DNA of 64,000 nucleotides. Source: Botryllus schlosseri (lineage: Eukaryota). The stretch spans positions 4,030,001-4,094,000 of the forward strand of contig CM119384.1 in assembly GCA_051294905.1 (NCBI GenBank), read 5' to 3'. Position numbers and translations under genes: made by a program. The notes beneath the pieces were generated by a model. The model was not told the origin of the DNA, ran no database searches, and saw nothing but the letters and a program-made list of their open reading frames with translations. Numbering within the stretch: position 1 is the first letter of the stretch; each line of letters starts with the position of its first letter. Below are positions 35,901 to 47,928 of the stretch, piece after piece.

Positions 35901-37919
35901 AGAAAGGTGATCAAAAAGGTACAGCCCAAAGGAGATGACACTATTCAAACTGGAGAGCTGGCGGATGATCCGACAGTTCTAGAATCAAGCGTGACAGATG
36001 ACACTGTATCACATGATATGCCATCTTCACACGCGATCGAGAATACAGAGGTAGCAAGTCAAGAACAGTCCGAATCAGACCGTGCTGGTACGACACACGA
36101 AATCCACACGGATGACAAATGCGATGGAGAGAATAATGAATCAGGGGTTCGGACCGAACTGCCTCAGCGTAAAGTTAGGAGAAAGACCGTAAAGATGCGC
36201 AAACAAACTACGGACGGCTCCACAGACAAGAAGTCAGTCAAAAAGAGGGTGGTCAAAAAGATGCAACTAGTCAGCGATCAGACTACAGTAGAAGCGACCG
36301 ACATTGAAGTCCAACCCGATGCTAACACTCTCTCGAGTGAGCAAGTGATTCAAACTCGAGTGAATATCCAGGTTGATGACAATGAAGTAGGGGATGAAGG
36401 TTTTTCCATTGAAGACAGGGACAAACTATCTACCGAAGTTCAATCACAAATATCTGATGCTGTCACCGATTCTGATGGGTCATCTTCTCAATTTCAGTCA
36501 GTTTCAGAGGACCTGACTGTTGAGCACCAAAGCACAATCAATAGAGAGACAGTCTGCGACGATGAAATGAAACTTGTTACATCAGGCGTTTCTGTTGCAG
36601 CAGATGCAGCTGACACAAGCAGTGTCGTCAGTCCTGTGCCTTTTGACAATGCGTCGAGAAAAATCAAGAAGATCAAAAAGTCTTCCAGGAAAAAGGATGC
36701 TGAGAAAACACCTTCTATAAAAAGAGTTCCCAAACCGACAAACGCAAATGATCCAATCTCTACAGACTCCCACTCTCCCGTAATGAGTCCACACGCTATC
36801 GACGTGATTGAAAAGCCAGATTCAGACATACACGATTCCGTGTCAGAGGCTTCGGCAACTCACTCTGCGAGTGGCATTGATGCGCAATATGTGGAATCCG
36901 GTGTCGTAGCGCAATCCACGCCAGTTCAGTTCAAAACGAATGCTGAAATATGCGATTCAAGTACAGACGAACAGTCGAATCGCAGTATGTCCGTGACGAA
37001 AATATCCTCCAATGAAGTTGATCAAGATTTGGCAGCTAATACTCACGAACTAGAACAGGCGTGCGAGCCCATAGAAAGCATCGATGCTGCTGTAGAAGAG
37101 TTAGGATCTGCAGATAACATCACTTCCGAAACTGGTAATCAACCAGTGGAAGTGGAAGGCACTGCTCCAACCGAAATCTTCCAAGAAACACAGGATCGCG
37201 ATCAATCTTTGACAAACTTATCCTCGCCGACATATGATACTTCACTAGCTCGATCTTTAGAGAATGAAACAATTTATGAGGAATCAGCTGATGGTACACG
37301 GGCTAACAAGCATAACAGTGGCGAAGAATTTAATCCAATTGCAGAATCAAGCACAGGTCACGATTCTAACTCTCAAACTCCTTCAAAACCGGGCTACGCC
37401 GACAGCATCAGCGATCCTGTTACGGCAGATCACGAGATTTCGCCCGACCCGCCAAAAGTCAAGAAATCAATCAGAAAAATCAAGACGAAAAAGTCTAATC
37501 GAGAATCTGCTGCGGGAGGCGAAGTGGACGCTTCGACTCGTCCCAAATCAGCCAGAAGAAAGGTTATAAAAAAGGGCCCGAGAGACTCGCCTAAACTAGA
37601 CACGGAGTCAGCAGAAGTATCAGAATCTTCAAACGTTGAACATATCCCAGACAGCACTCATGTTGTTTTAGAGGGCGAATCACACGTAGAACAATCCGCA
37701 ATGTCACAAATCCCGGTTGACGAATCGGCACAGTTGAAACAAGAAGAGACGGCTACAACAGCGCCGGTGAAAGCGGTGAAAAAGGTCAAAAAATCGACAA
37801 ATAAGGTACCGGCTGACGCCGACAGCAAAGGCGATTCAAGTAAAAAGACGACTGTAAGACGAAAAGTGGTTAAAAAAGCACACAAGCCAGCCGATCCTGA
37901 GGGAGATGATAGGACGTGA
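23911..37919 (+). CDS. Giant ~14-kb coding exon of the Slp/Slac2-like gene; Glu/Ser/Thr/Asp-rich disordered region with repeats and polybasic islands
   Basis: Uninterrupted frame of ~4,669 codons from phase-1 acceptor ttctgacacag|GA. It ends at TGA 37917-19, which overlaps a possible donor ac|gtgaga at 37916. Confidence 0.9.
28250..34900 (+). repeat. Coding tandem array of ~78-nt/26-aa units (consensus ~TPLIEESTEQALTQDESHISEMADTS), roughly 70 units by length
   Basis: Repeated actcaagatgaatc / gagtctactgaacag motifs and repeated peptide in the translation. Confidence 0.9.
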
Positions 37920-38492
37920 GAATATTTCCCCATATACTACGTTAAACTATGCAAGCCGTTCGTTCTTATGACGTTCAAATTTGCCGACGTATCTCCGTGT
38001 TGTGATTTTTCATGCGTAAGATAATGCCGAACGAAAATGACGCGTTCCGCAAGCTCGCCGTGCGTTGCGGAACGAACAATGAGCATACAGTGCCAGTTTC
38101 TCTTTTTACAGCGTACTATCTACTCCAAATTTCCAATGCTGTCTTACATCGGCTTATTCGCGCGGGCCGGATCGAAAAATTCATCACAAATAGTATGAAT
38201 TCGACTCAACCAAAAATAACAAAAATCTGGCCAACATCCACTCCGGATCTGCCTTAATCGTGCACACCACTCGCTGGTGCAGGCCAATAGACACTTCAAC
38301 TACACTACGACTTCTCCACATCGATGCAGCATTTCGCCGAGCCTGTCAGCGTTATAAATTACGTCGAAGATTGTTGCGGGTGTAAGTGCAAGGTTTGGAG
38401 GTAACTGCACGAATGCATGCGGGTGATAGGGCTTTGTAAGATATCAGTAAAAGCCAGACAGCATGAAATTAAACTCGAAGCGTATTTTTCAG

Positions 38493-39151
38493 GAGCTACA
38501 AAAGACATTGGCCAAAGCGTCGGCTTTCCCGATAGCTTTTTCTTCCCGATCAAAAGCATCCACGAGAATTTTTTCTTCCCGCTGAAATCCGAGCCGGTCG
38601 GGCAGGAGATACAAAACGAATTCCACTTCCCAATACTCATCCCTTCCAAAGATCCTGTGGATCCGAGTAGGAGATACATATCCAGGTCTGAAATCAGTGA
38701 ATTCTTCGGTGGAAAATCCGGCTCAGTAGGGGTCAATATTGAAGAAAAACTCACAGTGTCAACCGCGTCTAAAGAACCGTCTTCTCCGTCTAAAAAGAAA
38801 ACCTTGTTCGGGAAAATCATTAACATTTTCTCGAACGAATCGCAGTCACCGGAACACGAAACAGTAATAGTAGCAGAGGCGCAAAATCAAAGCGTACAAT
38901 CGGGATTGAAAGCTATAGCGGAGATTGTACTGGAAGAGGAAGCCACGCAGCAGCAACCAGTCAAAACAAACGGCGAGAATCTCGTAGAGGAAATAATGAA
39001 TATAGCCACTGGAAACCAGGATAGTCACCCGTCTATTGTCGTGAGCGCGCCGGACCAAGGCGTGAAATCTTCTGTGCAGGAAATTCAAATCGATTCGGTA
39101 CGCGTGGATAAGGTCGGTCAGAGTAGCGATGCGGTTATGGTCAAAATTTGA
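38493..39151 (+). CDS. Short alternative last exon (phase-1 acceptor, ~219 codons) of the Slp/Slac2-like gene
   Basis: Acceptor tatttttcag|GA in the same phase as the giant exon; acidic composition; stop TGA 39149-51; AT-rich 3'UTR-like sequence follows. Confidence 0.65.
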
Positions 39152-39686
39152 TTGTGCCGACTGCTGGAACATGATTATTATCGATTTCCAATGATATAAT
39201 GATAGTTTGTATATGCAATATGCATATTATGTCTGAAGCTTTACTTTATGAATTTTACGCTTTGCTTCTTTTATATCTGTTTATGTAGATGTTTATAAGC
39301 ACCTTGTGTATTCTGTACTGGTTTCGTAGTCACGTATTGAATCTTGCCGTAATATATTATTAAACATATACTTTTATGCAATGCTTTCGCGTGAATCGCG
39401 TGCTTTTAAATATCGCTGTGAATACGTATTCTTGCGGTCGCGTGACGCAATCAACCAGTTCGCCGTTCCTTGCTATTATTACGAAACAGAAGGTGTCTGT
39501 CGGGAGTTGTTATATTTTAGGGTCGTGATCTTGGTTAAACTTGTTGTGTGATCGTTAATCAGTCTTTTATTAGATTTATACCGATTGTTATATATGTAAT
39601 CTTTCTTCTGTTTCATCGAATGCAGCGCATCTGCCTCTCACAATCATATTTTATATCGAACGTACTCGGTCGCCGACGAAGAATAT

Positions 39687-39692
39687 AATAAA
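39687..39692 (+). terminator. Candidate polyadenylation signal of the Slp/Slac2-like gene
   Basis: AATAAA ~540 nt after the stop; an ATTAAA alternative lies near 39358. Confidence 0.35.
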
Positions 39693-39959
39693 AGTATGTC
39701 CAAAACTGACGAAGTCTAGGTACGAAGACCAGTCGATAAGATTATGTTTATGTAGGTTATTATGGACTGTGAAGCTATTATGGAGATTCATGGTTGATCA
39801 CTAGGCGATGCCGTGGAGAAGCATGAAGATTGGACTGTCTAGTCTGGCGGACTGTTCCAGAGATAGGTCGATCTAGGAGTCCTGCTATCCCTCCTTAGTC
39901 CTTACCCTAATTTCATTGCATTTGTGAAAGTCTTAATAGGATTTCATAACCGGATAAGG

Positions 39960-40420
39960 TCGGAGTGAGCACTGCTGACGAGGGATTATCATTATGGTGA
40001 TGAAATTACAAGAAAAAACGATCTTGAACAATACTAGCAATACTGTAGTTTGCAACGACAGTGACGGGTCGTTTTCGAATAATTATTATCTGCAAGGTGT
40101 ACGGTAGTTCACTATACAGGGCAAGATACTTTGTACTGCTGTGATAGAATCGGTACGTGAGTGCTCTTGTGTCAGAGCTATTGCACTGCTATACATTGTA
40201 CAGCAGGGGTATGCATGTGCTGTGTAATTTGAGCATACTGGCCTTATTATACACGACGCAGTGAAACCGTGGGTCGAACACAGGCTTTCGAGTAATTGCA
40301 AGGCTCACTATATCATGAGGAAATGGTACCAGCGAAGGCAAGACTTCAATAAAATTTGATATCGGACTGCGTGTAAAAAATGATAAATATGTGAAGGAAA
40401 TCGCGAGCAAAGTAAATATA
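39960..40420 (-). pseudogene. Possible decayed non-LTR (CR1/L2-like) reverse-transcriptase C-terminal fragment
   Basis: Minus-strand peptide STCIPLLYNV*QC... resembles the xCxPxLLYGxExW region of LINE ORF2; multiple stops and frameshifts. Confidence 0.3.
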
Positions 40421-40658
40421 TTTTCACTCTTATGAAATAGATTTAGTCAAACTATCCAAGTGCAAAGTAAACATATTATTGTTTTAGTGATTTCACTCAT
40501 ATTTTGGTCCCTCTCTTGGCCCATTTGCGCTTAGCTCAAATGTACCAAACCAAGCTAAAATAGAAATCCATTTATCGTGCAGCACACCTTTCAAAATTGG
40601 CAATTCTTCGCGGGCACCACACATTTTCTCTGTGTGCCGCTGGTTGCACAGTGCACAC

Positions 40659-41132
40659 TAGTGCGGAGCGGATCGACAAATTCTCTGGTCCTACTGCGAT
40701 CCTGTTTTTAAAAGCTCTGGTCCCACTCCGGTCCGACTCCTAGGCCGGATTCTAGAAATGATCGTGATCCGGTCCGAAAAGCTCCGATAATAATTTCTAC
40801 TCACAGGGTGGTATTGAATATTGACTGAAACAATGCAAACAGGAAATTAAAAACTCAAAGGTGAATCCCAACCCTTCTCTGTAGTAATTATGCCAACTTG
40901 GACTTGGTATGTGGTTTATTTCCATGAGCGATTCACTTTAACTATATTGATTCAAGAGTGGAAGCGAGTAACGGAGTAAGGCTGTCATATTCTTGGCAAA
41001 AAGTGCTGATCAGGCTCCAATCCGATTCCGGCCTAATGAGAAAAAGTACTGATCCGGCTCCAAACCGGATCCGGCTAAAACTAAGAAAATCCGACCGATA
41101 TCCAATCCGACTCCGGTCCATGCTCCGCCCTA
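40659..41132. mobile_element. hAT-type MITE (atccg-repeat subtermini)
   Basis: TIRs tagtgcggagc / gctccgcccta; flanks gtgcacac / gtgcacag (7/8 TSD). Confidence 0.8.
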
Positions 41133-41147
41133 GTGCACAGTGCACAC

Positions 41148-42974
41148 TGTATGACTAGAAAAAAAATTCAAAATTTTGTGTGTCCTGTAGTCACAAACGA
41201 CGAACTTTTGTGTCCTGATTGCAAAATTACCAAAAGTTAAGACTGGGTAAACAAAAACCTCGCGCACAAAAATTTTCCAGTTTTCACGGTATGGGGGATA
41301 GGCATTTTTTGTAGATACAGACTATATAATATATATACCGACTGATTTGAATTTAACTGACACAATTCCAATTGCGAAGATTTAAAATATTATTTTGGTA
41401 AACTTTGATCGCTCATATTGAATTATTTCTATCGTTTTCTTGCTTACAGTCAAAATTAAATTATTATTATTAAATAATAATTATTAATTTCGATTTTAGA
41501 TGTAGACTGTATAGATCGTTTAATTTCAATTTGTCTGACACAAATCGAACTGGTTGTTCGAAAAGGCGAAAGTAGAACAACTCAACATATTTTCAGCGGT
41601 CTAGAAAACCGATTAGAGGAATATGATGAAAATTTGAAAATGTCATATCATATGTGACTCAGCATCTGTTGATACTGGGCGGCGGAATGGCGTTGTTGTG
41701 AAACTGCAAATTGCAGTGATGAGCAAGGGTTTTCATAAACCACAATACATTGGTTGCCAACATAATATTATCGATTCTTAAAGCATATATCAGAGTTCTT
41801 CAATCCAACATCCTCAACAAATCCAACTCTCAGCTACAAATTTGGAGATGATATGGTAAAATACTACGAAAACTTGGTACAATCCATCAAGCCAGGATTT
41901 CAAATGAAAATATTAGAAAACCGAGGATGGAGGGATGATTTTAAGTTTATCTATGTGCTGTGCAGAGCATGCCGCTCTTTCAGAGAAAATAGTAGATTAC
42001 CACTATTCAAACGGCATAAACTTCCATCTCTACGCAATGCGAGATGGAGCTCAAGGGCTATAATTCCGTACTTCCAAGTCCCCAGATGGAGAGTAACTAT
42101 TGAGATATCATGCTTATTCCTCGCAAATGCGTGTCAGGAAGCCTGGTATTCTAACCAGATGTCTATTGATGGAATATACTGGAGCCCGACCGTTTATCGG
42201 TTCGCCGATATTATCGGGACGATATCACACTTCGACAGAATTATCGGTATCTGCCATTGAAGCTGAAAAATCATCGGCAATTCTCGTGACGTCACAACAT
42301 GGCGGTAGGAAGTCAGAAAACCATAATCTTTGACCGCTAGATTGAGAATATTGATGTATGTCACAAGCTTACACTTAACAGGTGTCCAGATGTAGCCTTT
42401 CTATAGTTTATTTCATGTTCAAATATAACAATGGCTGTAAAGATGTTCAAATAAATGCTCTGAAGCTTTGAAAATGTGCGTATGTATATCCAACTTCTTT
42501 TGAATATCGGCTGAATGTATTGGGGTTCTCGGTCAAGGTGTGAGATATCGGTTTTATCGGTGTCGACCCAAAAATCCAATATCGATCGGTCTCTAGAGTA
42601 TACCAAAGATTATTTGCTGCTATTTTTGCGCTCGAATCTCCTGCAGCGATAAAGTGCCTTAAAATCCCAATAGAAGTCGGATATTTCCGTTGTAGATGTC
42701 CCTGGCATTAACATAATAACAGAAAGAGAAGTCAAATTGATGGATGAACTTTACCTGAAGTACAAAAGGACATATGTATGAAGATTAAATTTGTAGCAAA
42801 GAATACCTTTGAATTGTAAATTTTTTCTATATTTGGACCAGTGTCGAAAATTGAAGTTGGTTCGTGCGGGACGTTTTTTTCGATTTGAACAAAATGATTA
42901 TAATTTTTTTAATTTATACCAAAATGCTCATCAATTCATGCTACAGGCGAATTTTTTTTCTAGTCATATCCCTA
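41148..42974 (+). mobile_element. Internally deleted hAT-like DNA transposon with decayed transposase
   Basis: TIRs atgactagaaaaaaaattc / gaattttttttctagtcat(atcccta); TSD gtgcacac on both sides. Peptide relics: IICDSASVDTGRRNG..IGCQH (DxxxxxG and CxxH), WRDDF, ARW and NIITEREVKLM (third catalytic E region). Confidence 0.75.
42180..42595. mobile_element. hAT-type MITE inserted in the transposase relic
   Basis: Imperfect TIRs tggagcccgac / atcggtctcta; TSD gaatatac / gagtatac. Confidence 0.75.
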
Positions 42975-44004
42975 GTGCACACCCATGCTGTTTGATAGTG
43001 TTGACATATTTCTCTGGGAACGAACAGAAAATATACACAATTGCACAATTTCTGTAATTAAATGCCTTCAGGATCGCACTATCTTCCTCTTGCCCTCTTA
43101 CTGCTCGACCCCACTCGGTAATGAGAAGATTGCAATTGTACGGCCCGAAATAGCGTCATTGATTGACATTGACATGTGGCTCAACCTGTCACAAAACACT
43201 TCAAACGCCTAGATCCCTGACGACATCTTTAGCCAGGGCCTGTTCAAGATCATTGAAAGCATGACGGAATTTGCCATTTCGACACATTGCATGGGTCTTG
43301 TGTATAGAATTATATAGACTTTTGACAATCGTAACAATTAGAGCAGAAAGAAAAGTCCTTTGCTCCATTAAATTCGAGTCTTGTCTTGTCACCATCGAAC
43401 AAAAGACACCATCGAACAAATAACAGCAACACCTCGTATGTGATACAATCGTTAAAATTCTTTGTTTTCACTTGTAAAGTCCAAACGCATCACAGGACTG
43501 CACTTTCTTCCCTGTAGTAATCAGATCAGGGATGAATTGGAAAATGTTCTCTTTCACACAAAGGGCGTTTTCCCACATCGCTTTACCAATGTACTCAAAG
43601 TAGAAGACCAAACACATTTCTCGCTACATTAGGATCAATTTACCGTAGCAATTTATTAGCGCGTCGGTATATAAATTGGATAATCGAATAATGAAGTATC
43701 GGAAATATTGGACTCGGTCCCGTGGGATTTACAGACCGTGTATATCCTAAGAGCGAAACGTGATATCGCTAAATGACTATTGATATTACGAGGACTAAAC
43801 TTTTTTTTTCTCATGGTGTATTGAATAAGGGGATATATATTGTGTTCCTTAATAGATTCCTCAGCTTCAGCAGGTTGGTAATCATGAAATTGCGATTTCC
43901 TCAAGTATGACATTGGCATTACACGACACAATGCGACTTTATTATGCCTTGTTTCCTACAATTAACTCAGCCTACATGGATATGACTTTCTTATGTCGTA
44001 CGCG

Positions 44005-45287
44005 GAGGGATGGTGTGAACCTCTGAAAGGTTCAGGTGCGTGTGAACGTGAAGCTTTTTGAAAGGTTCTGTGTGAACGCGAACGTGTGTATTTACAGTCA
44101 CCAATTCTTTAATTATTTATTATAGGTGTGCCCACCGCAAATGCTATTTTATTCAAATCCAAATTTTTCGACGGCAATAACGTCGCTTCCACTGGTTGGA
44201 ATTGAGCCAAATTTGGTGAACATCGTTTCTACAGACAACCTAACACTTTCATGAGGTGAACGAAAAATTTTGAAATTTTTGTTAATTAATTTTTATATAA
44301 TAAATAGAAACTTTGTTCTCCTGTAGCAATGCCGCTACTGGCTGGAATTGAACCAAATTTGGTGTGTCGGCTTAAATTAGGTAACCTAACAATTTTATCA
44401 AGTAGCCAGCACAATTTGAGGAAAAAAGTCATTTTTGAAGACCCCTAATGTACAGTTGTACACGATACCTATAGCGACGACTCGGGCCACATAATGCCAC
44501 AATGCTGAAGTACATATTGACGTTTTAAACGTCGCCAAATGTATCAACTGGCACAATCATATGATATAATAATCCCGTAAAATCAATATCTTCCGTCGCT
44601 TTCCAGCAATTTAGGCGAGAGCTTACAAGGGAATATAAGCTTACGCCTTATCGGTCTAGTCCAGACCGGACAATGCATTCGGCGTCCAAGTATTGCAACG
44701 GTTATATTGAGCAGAGTGTGAAACGGGTTTCTATACTTGCTACCGATATTACCCCATTAACAAGTTATACAGCAGTAGCCAACACCCCAATCGCACGGAT
44801 TTTGTTTTTATGATGCAATAAACATATGAAGTCATGATTGACCCCGTACACCTGCTAGATTTTTTTACATCCGACAACGATATCAATTCCATTGATAGCA
44901 TCATTCACTGACTACACGTAATGTATTTCGATCTTGATGTTGTGTCATTGAGGGTCAAGCTCACAGCAGAGAGACACTAAATATTCACAAACGGAAAGCT
45001 GGATATTTCGAGATTACTTTTGTAACAAAGCAATTGAAATTTTTGAGATTGTCAAGGTGTATGCTCGTTTAGTGCTGATTTTTTTATGCTGCCAGCGCCA
45101 TGTATATAGAGTGGCCCGCAGTTGAAATGCAATAAATTTCAACCAAAGATGTTATAATGAAGTGAAAACTGTAATATATGGAAAAGGTTCATAGTGCAGA
45201 CAAGGTTCGTTTGTGAACGTGAACCTCTAAATTTCGGAGGTTCACACACAGGATGCGAACGTGAACCTCACGTTCACACCATCCCTA
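44005..45287. mobile_element. hAT-like MITE with gtgaac subterminal repeats, containing a half foldback element (44099-44447)
   Basis: 15-bp TIRs agggatggtgtgaac / gttcacaccatccct; TSD not evident. Confidence 0.65.
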
Positions 45288-47928
45288 TGCGATTGTTTGC
45301 GAGTAACGTGCATTGTAAGCCTATAAATAAGAATCCATTGAAAGCAGGACAACATTGACACGAGACGAAATGACGTGAGCTTCAATGACCGCACCTAACT
45401 GTTATTCAACACTGGAAATTATGTAGAATTTATATGCTAGATTTGGATAAAGACTAATGATGCAACGTTACAACATGCATCACAAGTGTGTACTGTAAAT
45501 TTATGTGATATACTAATCATAGGTTGAATTAAACATCAGACACAGCGCCTTTACTATTTAGTAATTAAAATTAGTTATCATAATAATCAATGGCCTACTC
45601 AACTATTGCGCTGACGACAAGGGCATACCCAGAAGCAAAATTTGCATTGGATGAGTTTGTTCAGGAATGAAGATACGTCATCGTTACAGATGTGAGACGC
45701 AGATATGACGTTACAACGGCACAGACCACACTGACCGTCCAAATATTAGCGCGTTGCCGGAGCCTAAATACACAGGCTGTAAACCCATCAATCGGATTAG
45801 TTGCTTGGTCATGGTCATGGAAAACATGTCGACGGTGTCATCTATATGTATAATGGTATCTCCCATCCCTTTTATGCAGCTATGATTATGTCATAGAAAG
45901 AATTTTTTCTGTGCCCTTCGCTTTTTAGCAGATTCCGGAGGATCGGCCAGTAACGAACTTGGGTTCGCTGGTGCCAGGCAGTACCGCAATGCAAGTGAAA
46001 AAAATTCACAAAACACTTACGCTTTTGAAAGAAAGGATAACTAAATAATGATGATTATTACGTCAAATGTCTTCTCCAGTACGAGTCCGTGTACCGGATA
46101 TTTCATTTATGTATGAACTATCACAACCTTTGGCACGGCCGCTAAGCCTCATAGAACCTGACCGGCGAGTCATTGCTTGGGTCGTGTGAGCGATGCACAT
46201 TAGTTGGAAAGCGGCCGCGCCACTATTTGAAACAATAGCTTTACCTCTGCTTATTGCGATTGAGCTCCACTCGATATGACACCTTTTGGTATCATCAAGT
46301 GGAAAAGCGAGACTTGGATACCTTTCTCTCATTATTACCGACGGTCGAGTCGCTCCAACTATTAGGTGCTCGTCGCGATTAACCTAGCATGTTTGCTCTG
46401 TGGACGGAAGAGTGCACCCTGTACCTTTGTACTGTGCTAGAATGTATGCTGTGAGAATAGGTACAGTGCTGTACAGGTACATCATGTCAGTTCGGGGAAG
46501 GCATGCACTTGAATCTTGGAGTCGATGGATAGACTGATGTAGTGTACGTGTACGATAATGTGCCTTGTGGTGGTGTCTATCTCGTCAGCTGTACCTAGGT
46601 ACAATGTAATTTCAGTTATGTAATGCTGACGAAGATAAATTCAACTGTATTTCTATCGAATGACAGCAGCATTGATTGGGTGATAATTATAGAATCGTAG
46701 TGATTCAGCTAATAAATATCCGTCATATTCAGCGTAATGGCATCGGAAACTGGCGTTTATATCCGCCTGCCGACAGTGCCGATTTCGTGGCGAAATCGGT
46801 TTTCAATCTCGAAAGCGGTCTGTGCTTTTTATAGATTGTCCTAGAAAGGTTGCAACTCCACGTGCTACTAACCTATTATTAAATGATACAATACTAAGAT
46901 TAGTCAGCAAAGTATTAGGTGCGCTCAACTCGAGTAGCTAACTAAATGCAATAATATTGAGCTAATTTAAATCAGTTTGTTTTGATATGCTATGAGTCTT
47001 CTTAGACTTTCAAGTATAACTATAAGTGGACAGGTAACTCGATTTGCTCGGGATAAGATCAGACAGAAATGAAATATTTTAGGAAATCAAGCAGTCTAAA
47101 GAGTGCGCAGACGATAGCGATGTCAATGTAGTAATGCAGCAATAAGCGTTCGTATTAGAATGCCAGGCACAGTATTGCAGGAGTGGCATTATCCGACCAC
47201 AACAAACCATCGACTTTTACGATTACCTTCTGGCTTGTACTTATGCTGTAAGCTACATCCCTCCTGCCTGTAGCTATATTGTGATGTCTATTTCACCTGG
47301 GCCATTAGACTAGGCAACTAGTAACGCCTTTAATTACTCGCCAGAGAATTTAACGATCGTGAAGTCGTGCAACCACGCAGGATAGTAGCAATGTTCAATT
47401 TGCTCAAATCCCGTTAAAATCAAAATCTTATTACACCAATACTTGACTTGAAGCACAGCAAGCGCAGTAGTGCAAATTTACATAGGCAATGTTACAGACT
47501 ATACATATTTTGCACACCCGACGTTTTAATGAAGACAGTAGTTATGGGACGAAAATAAATGCATCATATGAATAAGGGCAAGGGCGGGCAACTTTTCCAG
47601 TCGGCGGCTTCCGTGTGGATAAACGAAGTATTTTATGTGCCTGATTCCTAAATCAATACAGTGAGATCGTATTTATACACCTATACCCAGGATGAATCGA
47701 TTGTCATGCACATTTGAGGTTAATAATGCATGGGCATCCAGTATTTAATGATTTTTTTAGATAAAGTTTGGTAACAAGCTGAAACAGTCTCAGGCCCGCA
47801 TATTTATCGTTTTTGCATCATTTTCATTATGTTTCAGTTTCTACATTTGTGTCTATTCTTATGCGTTTCGTTCTGAAGAACAAATTTTCACTCTGTGTCG
47901 GGGACATATTTCTTACCTCTGTAGTAGG

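Noticed and set aside
24069-37933. Many antisense and alternate-frame ORFs over the giant exon
   Set aside because: Short, low-complexity shadows of a biased coding strand.
43200-43640. Coding-looking minus-strand stretch
   Set aside because: Interrupted by stops, with no recognisable motif.
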